Below are positions 60,687-64,000 of a stretch of 64,000 nt of DNA, piece by piece (the stretch's first letter is position 1; the number at the start of each line of letters is the position of its first letter). Under the pieces are notes generated by a model that made no database searches, had not been told where the DNA came from, and worked only from the letters and a program-made list of their open reading frames with translations. The stretch covers positions 417 to 64,416 of IMG/VR virus record IMGVR_UViG_3300042876_000250, one strand, 5' to 3'. The DNA comes from a virus (lineage: Duplodnaviria > Caudoviricetes). Made by a program: the position numbers and the translations under genes.

Positions 60687-61378
60687 TGCAGTGTCCCTTC
60701 TTCGTCAAAGAGGTAGTTGTTGGCAAAGGCGACCTCGGCGAAGCAATCCGCGCTGGTCTCCCATTCGTACGCCTCCTCAAGCCTCGCGTAGATTTCATCG
60801 GCGTACTCTTTGGCTTTCTCCAGCACGAGTTCTTCAAGCTCACCGACGAGTAGCTCGGCGTCGATACCCTCGGCAAGGTCTTTCACGTTGGCACCCTTGA
60901 GTGGGCATTCGTGTGTGATGAAGTCCGTGGGGGCCTCCACGTCGTAGTCGTTGCGCAGCAAAAAACTCAGCGCACTGTCGTCAATGCTGTCCAGCGACAT
61001 GCCACCCGAGTGCACATAGAACGTGCTTCGCAGCGAGACGTTGGTGTAGTGCTGCACCCAGCCCTCGTTGACGAGCATGGCGTAGACCTGCGCACGAGCG
61101 TGCAGCGGGTGCGTGTCGGGGATGCAGGCCTCGATGAACTTGGGTAGGTTCACACGCCCGATCCACGACGCGCCATCGCCTTGCGACCAGAAGCCCGACC
61201 AGCGCACGTCGTCGATGTCGAAGCCCTTGGCCTTGCCCTGCTCCTTGGCCTCTTCAATCACGTAGTGGGCCCAGTCGTTGTCGAGCACGCTGGCCCACCA
61301 ATCCAGCGCTTTGGTCTTGGCCCTGTCGCTGAGCTGATCGAAGGTGTAGGTTTTGGTTGGTTCCATTGTGTCGGTCAT
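60683..61378 (-). CDS. Acidic early protein of the SGFWSQGDGA family (mobile-element type)
   Basis: Y.F..L...AK.KA, SGFWSQGDGA, IY..LE..YE..TS, AN.Y.FDE.G. Confidence 0.7.
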   Translation of the reverse strand: MTDTMEPTKTYTFDQLSDRAKTKALDWWASVLDNDWAHYVIEEAKEQGKAKGFDIDDVRWSGFWSQGDGASWIGRVNLPKFIEACIPDTHPLHARAQVYAMLVNEGWVQHYTNVSLRSTFYVHSGGMSLDSIDDSALSFLLRNDYDVEAPTDFITHECPLKGANVKDLAEGIDAELLVGELEELVLEKAKEYADEIYARLEEAYEWETSADCFAEVAFANNYLFDEEGTLQ

Positions 61379-61390
61379 TTGCTCTCTCCT

Positions 61391-61666
61391 TTACTTGTCA
61401 CGGTACTCGATGAGCGTCTTGTACTTGTCGAGCAGTTGCTCGGGCCAGACCTTCACGCCCTGCGCATGCAGCGCGGCGTCGAAGTCGCGGAAGGCAATGT
61501 CTTGGTCGAGGTCACGACCGAAGAATCCCTGGCCTTGGCCACGCCAGCGCGTCTCCATCACTTCGCAGTCTTGCAAGATGTTGTAGAGGGACTCAGCTTG
61601 CTGAGGCGTAAGCAGGCACTCGGTGCCGCCGATTTGGATTTGAATACGCATGGTCAGGGTCTCCAA
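61391..61666 (-). CDS. Hypothetical protein
   Basis: In operon; true start probably MRIQI. Confidence 0.65.
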   Translation of the reverse strand: METLTMRIQIQIGGTECLLTPQQAESLYNILQDCEVMETRWRGQGQGFFGRDLDQDIAFRDFDAALHAQGVKVWPEQLLDKYKTLIEYRDK

Positions 61667-61881
61667 AAAGTAACGTCAAAGAAAACCACCGCGAGAGCGA
61701 TGGCGCAGGAAAGGGCCAAGGCCCAGGACTCAGGACTTGCTGACAGGTTGTCAGCGAGTTGCCTTCTACGCGAGCGCAGTTTGATGCGCTCGGCCGGGCC
61801 GGTGTAGCGGCGCGGAGAGAAGTGATGAGAGTAGCGCGAGAGCGCGTAAGGGTGAGGTGGTTTGTGTCTGGTCGGTTTCAT
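61654..61881 (-). CDS. Small protein with C-terminal TM helix
   Basis: AGGAGAACCAAGA-ATG; WALALSCAIALAVVFF. Confidence 0.6.
   Translation of the reverse strand: MKPTRHKPPHPYALSRYSHHFSPRRYTGPAERIKLRSRRRQLADNLSASPESWALALSCAIALAVVFFDVTFWRP
61735..61759. promoter_or_regulatory. 25-bp palindromic motif, copy 4 (inside CDS)
   Basis: ACTTGCTGACA-GGT-TGTCAGCGAGT. Confidence 0.65.
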
Positions 61882-62396
61882 TCTTGGTTCTCCTCTTTGT
61901 TGGTGGGGGTCAGCAGCAACTGCACGGTCAGGTTGGCCAGCATCTCGCGCAGCTTCTCATCCATTTGCTCGTCCAGCTTCTCGTCCAACTGCTCCTGCAC
62001 CTTCTCTTCGAGGGTGCTCTCGGTTACGTACTCGTCCTCGAAGAGCTTCTCCTCCAGCGCATCGCTGATCTTCGAGTCGAGCTTGTCCTCGTTCACGTAG
62101 TCGTGGCGGTTAAGGTAGTTGGCGATAAAGTTGTCAACGTCGTCCTCGGTGTAGTGGCACTCCTCGGCCTCGTGCTCTCCGATTGCGTCCTGCGCGGCAT
62201 CCTGAGCAATCACCTTCATCTTCTCCTCCAGCTTCTCGTCCATCAGCGCCAGGGTGCTGGCGTTCTGGAGGGCTGCGGTGAGTTCCTTGTTGACGACGTT
62301 CTTGATGTGTTGGTTGAACGCAGTCAGGATGGCGTTAAATAGGGCGGCGTTGCCGGTGGAGGTTTGGGTTTGGTTGGTTGCGGTCTCGTTGGTCAT
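61878..62396 (-). CDS. Highly acidic helical protein
   Basis: AGGAGAACCACC-ATG; D/E-rich repeats (LDEKLDEQMDEKL). Confidence 0.8.
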   Translation of the reverse strand: MTNETATNQTQTSTGNAALFNAILTAFNQHIKNVVNKELTAALQNASTLALMDEKLEEKMKVIAQDAAQDAIGEHEAEECHYTEDDVDNFIANYLNRHDYVNEDKLDSKISDALEEKLFEDEYVTESTLEEKVQEQLDEKLDEQMDEKLREMLANLTVQLLLTPTNKEENQE

Positions 62397-62413
62397 GGTG
62401 GTTCTCCTAAACA

Positions 62414-62438
62414 AGTTGCTGACAATGTGTCAGCGAGT
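62414..62438. promoter_or_regulatory. 25-bp palindromic motif, copy 5
   Basis: AGTTGCTGACA-ATG-TGTCAGCGAGT just upstream of an SD. Confidence 0.7.
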
Positions 62439-62475
62439 TTTCAAAGGTTGTGGGGAAGGTTTCTTCCCCGGTTGC

Positions 62476-63267
62476 TTACATGGCGTCCCAGTCGGTCTCT
62501 GGGCGTGTGCTCTCCTCTGGGTTGGTTGGTGGGGTTGGTTCGGGTTCCTCAGCATCTTTCACGTAGACCATCGGCACGACTGGCCGGGTGAGCCTGTCCG
62601 TGGCGAACGCACCCGGAGGTCGCATCGAGGCTGATTTGTTGGGGTTGATGCGCCCCCACGCTGCGGCGATGGCGTCTTTCTCCTGGTGGGTCAGGTACTC
62701 CTGCCAGCGTTCGTGCTCCACCTTGAAGGCCAAGCGCCGCCCGGCAAGGGTGAGATCAGCGCGCAGGCGGCGCAGGATGGCCAGATAGGTGTCGGCGTAC
62801 ACCTCCACGCTTTGCGCCATTGGCGCAGATGCTGCCCGCCCCCTCGCGTGCTTGCGCTGCTGTGTAACGGCGATGATTTCCGCCTTTATCTCTTTCATCA
62901 GCGCTTGGTATTGCGACAGCTTGGCCTTGTCCCACCGGGCAACGACAGCCGAGCGCATCCGGGCACGGGCGGTGGCCGTCCGGGTTTTTTCCAGCGCTTT
63001 GACGATGGGCGCTGCGATTTCCCCACGCTTGAGCTTCTTCTTGAGTTCGGCCGTGGTGAAGGCCTCGGGCTTGGTGCGGCGGCGTGGGCGGCAATCCTTG
63101 CAGTGCGCGGTCTCGATGAGCACGCGGCGGTTCCCCGTGTACCCCCTGGCCTTGGCCTCGGCGGGGGTGAGGTAGCGCCTGAATGCGCTGGCTTCGAGTA
63201 CGCGGTTGCACTTGGCGCAGTGCTGATGGGAGGGTGGCGGGAAGGTTTCTTCCCCGAGTTCTGACAT
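62476..63267 (-). CDS. Basic Zn-finger protein next to the putative origin
   Basis: CAKC...CKDC; GGAG SD. Confidence 0.75.
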   Translation of the reverse strand: MSELGEETFPPPSHQHCAKCNRVLEASAFRRYLTPAEAKARGYTGNRRVLIETAHCKDCRPRRRTKPEAFTTAELKKKLKRGEIAAPIVKALEKTRTATARARMRSAVVARWDKAKLSQYQALMKEIKAEIIAVTQQRKHARGRAASAPMAQSVEVYADTYLAILRRLRADLTLAGRRLAFKVEHERWQEYLTHQEKDAIAAAWGRINPNKSASMRPPGAFATDRLTRPVVPMVYVKDAEEPEPTPPTNPEESTRPETDWDAM

Positions 63268-63309
63268 GGTGAGTGCTCCGTTAACGGTGTGAAGGAGTGT
63301 AAATTGTAC

Positions 63310-63633
63310 GCCAAAAACGAGGTTGTCCTGGGCCGTACATCAGGTGTGCACGGGTACTGGACACTTGAAAAGCCCAGTATTCATGCGGGTTGGCGGGCCG
63401 ACACCCACCTTACCTACGTGCTAGAGAGAACGCCTGGACGAACACAAAGAAAAAGCCAGGAAGGTGTCCACTTGCACACACGTATATACATATCTAAGGA
63501 AAAGAGTATGTATATATGTAGGTAAGCTGGGTGCGAACTGGACGGCGCTAGCATTGGCGCGGGTTTGCGGACGCCCAGTACCCCTGCACAGTCGGTGTCA
63601 GACCCGGGACAAGTGGACAGGGGGGTTTTTGGC
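63310..63633. other. Nested inverted-repeat region with AT-rich core, putative replication origin
   Basis: Five pairs of inverted arms arranged concentrically in a long intergenic region. Confidence 0.55.
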
Positions 63634-63637
63634 AACA

Positions 63638-63662
63638 AGTTGCTGACAAGTTGTCAGCGAGT
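63638..63662. promoter_or_regulatory. 25-bp palindromic motif, copy 6
   Basis: AGTTGCTGACA-AGT-TGTCAGCGAGT. Confidence 0.7.
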
Positions 63663-63874
63663 CACCAGAGGCGGCGTTGTTTGCCGCGCAGGGGGTTGAT
63701 GGTGGTGACGTACTCGGCCCACTCTTGGTCGCGGGCACGGGCTTCCTCGATGATGCGCTTGCGGGCGGCGTTGTCGGCCTGGATGCGGAGGTAGTCCTCT
63801 TTGAGGTCGCGAAGGCGGGCGATGGCTGCGGGCTTGAATTGGGTGTGGATGGCGTAGCGGTTGGTCTTGGACAT
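63662..63874 (-). CDS. Hypothetical early protein, 70 aa
   Basis: AGGAGAACCCGCC-ATG. Confidence 0.75.
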   Translation of the reverse strand: MSKTNRYAIHTQFKPAAIARLRDLKEDYLRIQADNAARKRIIEEARARDQEWAEYVTTINPLRGKQRRLW

Positions 63875-63888
63875 GGCGGGTTCTCCTT

Positions 63889-64000
63889 TCATTCGTAGAG
63901 GTAGTCGAAGTAGGTCTGGATGGCGTCCTCGTCTTCCAGCTTGGCGGTCTCGCCGTAGAAGTGGTCGGCGTCGTGGTCTTGGAACCAGAGAGAGTCGCCC
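63889..64000 (-). CDS. 3' part of the junction-spanning 65-aa ORF
   Basis: ...FYGETAKLEDEDAIQTYFDYLYE-stop at 63889. Confidence 0.8.
   Translation of the reverse strand, partial: GDSLWFQDHDADHFYGETAKLEDEDAIQTYFDYLYE
63953..64000. repeat. Terminal direct repeat, identical to 1-48
   Basis: Exact 48-bp match. Confidence 0.97.

Noticed and set aside
60683-61378. Toxin-antitoxin system
   Set aside because: Similar proteins carry an antitoxin label in databases, from memory, but no cognate toxin is evident and the label is not reliable.
511-63662. 25-bp palindromes as a CRISPR array or attC cassette array
   Set aside because: Spacing is irregular (hundreds to thousands of bp), two copies lie inside CDSs, and there is no cas operon or integron integrase.
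1-64000. tRNA/tmRNA genes, integrase/att site, alternative genetic code
   Set aside because: No cloverleaf with T-loop consensus seen in the intergenic gaps, no recombinase motifs, and core genes are intact under the standard code.

Overview
The window is a complete, circularly permuted tailed-phage genome of 63,952 bp. Bases 63953-64000 repeat bases 1-48, and one small ORF reads across the junction. The + strand (1.45-39.3 kb) is a podovirus-like late module: terminase, P22-type portal, GroES-like co-chaperonin, scaffold, HK97/Mu-GpT-like capsid, a cluster of small basic proteins, adaptors, tail fibres, holin and GH24 endolysin, nozzle, ejection proteins (one with an SLT domain) and a 2,884-aa polyvalent protein. 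The - strand (39.3-64 kb plus 0-0.93 kb) carries early and replication genes: primase-helicase, HTH protein, SSB-like protein, SNF2 helicase, HNH, a frameshifted PD-(D/E)XK nuclease, family A polymerase, VRR-NUC, DUF5664-like protein, Rap1a-like protein, a MoxR-AAA/vWA-metallopeptidase module and many small ORFs. I saw no integrase, tRNA, CRISPR array or reverse transcriptase. A high-GC proteobacterial, probably betaproteobacterial, host is an inference only. The most unusual signals lie outside the normal annotation. (1) +1-frame overprinted ORFs with their own SD sequences, whose limits match local collapses in GC3 inside polA and the endolysin. (2) A candidate ~100-nt antisense sRNA complementary to several ribosome-binding sites of the phage. 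(3) Two candidate multi-pseudoknot leader RNAs. (4) Six copies of a 25-bp palindrome in the early region. (5) A hydrophobic-[AK]-x-G-G tag repeated about 15 times in putative capsid-internal proteins. (6) A ~320-bp nested palindrome that may be the replication origin. All family assignments come from motif recognition by eye; no database search was run.
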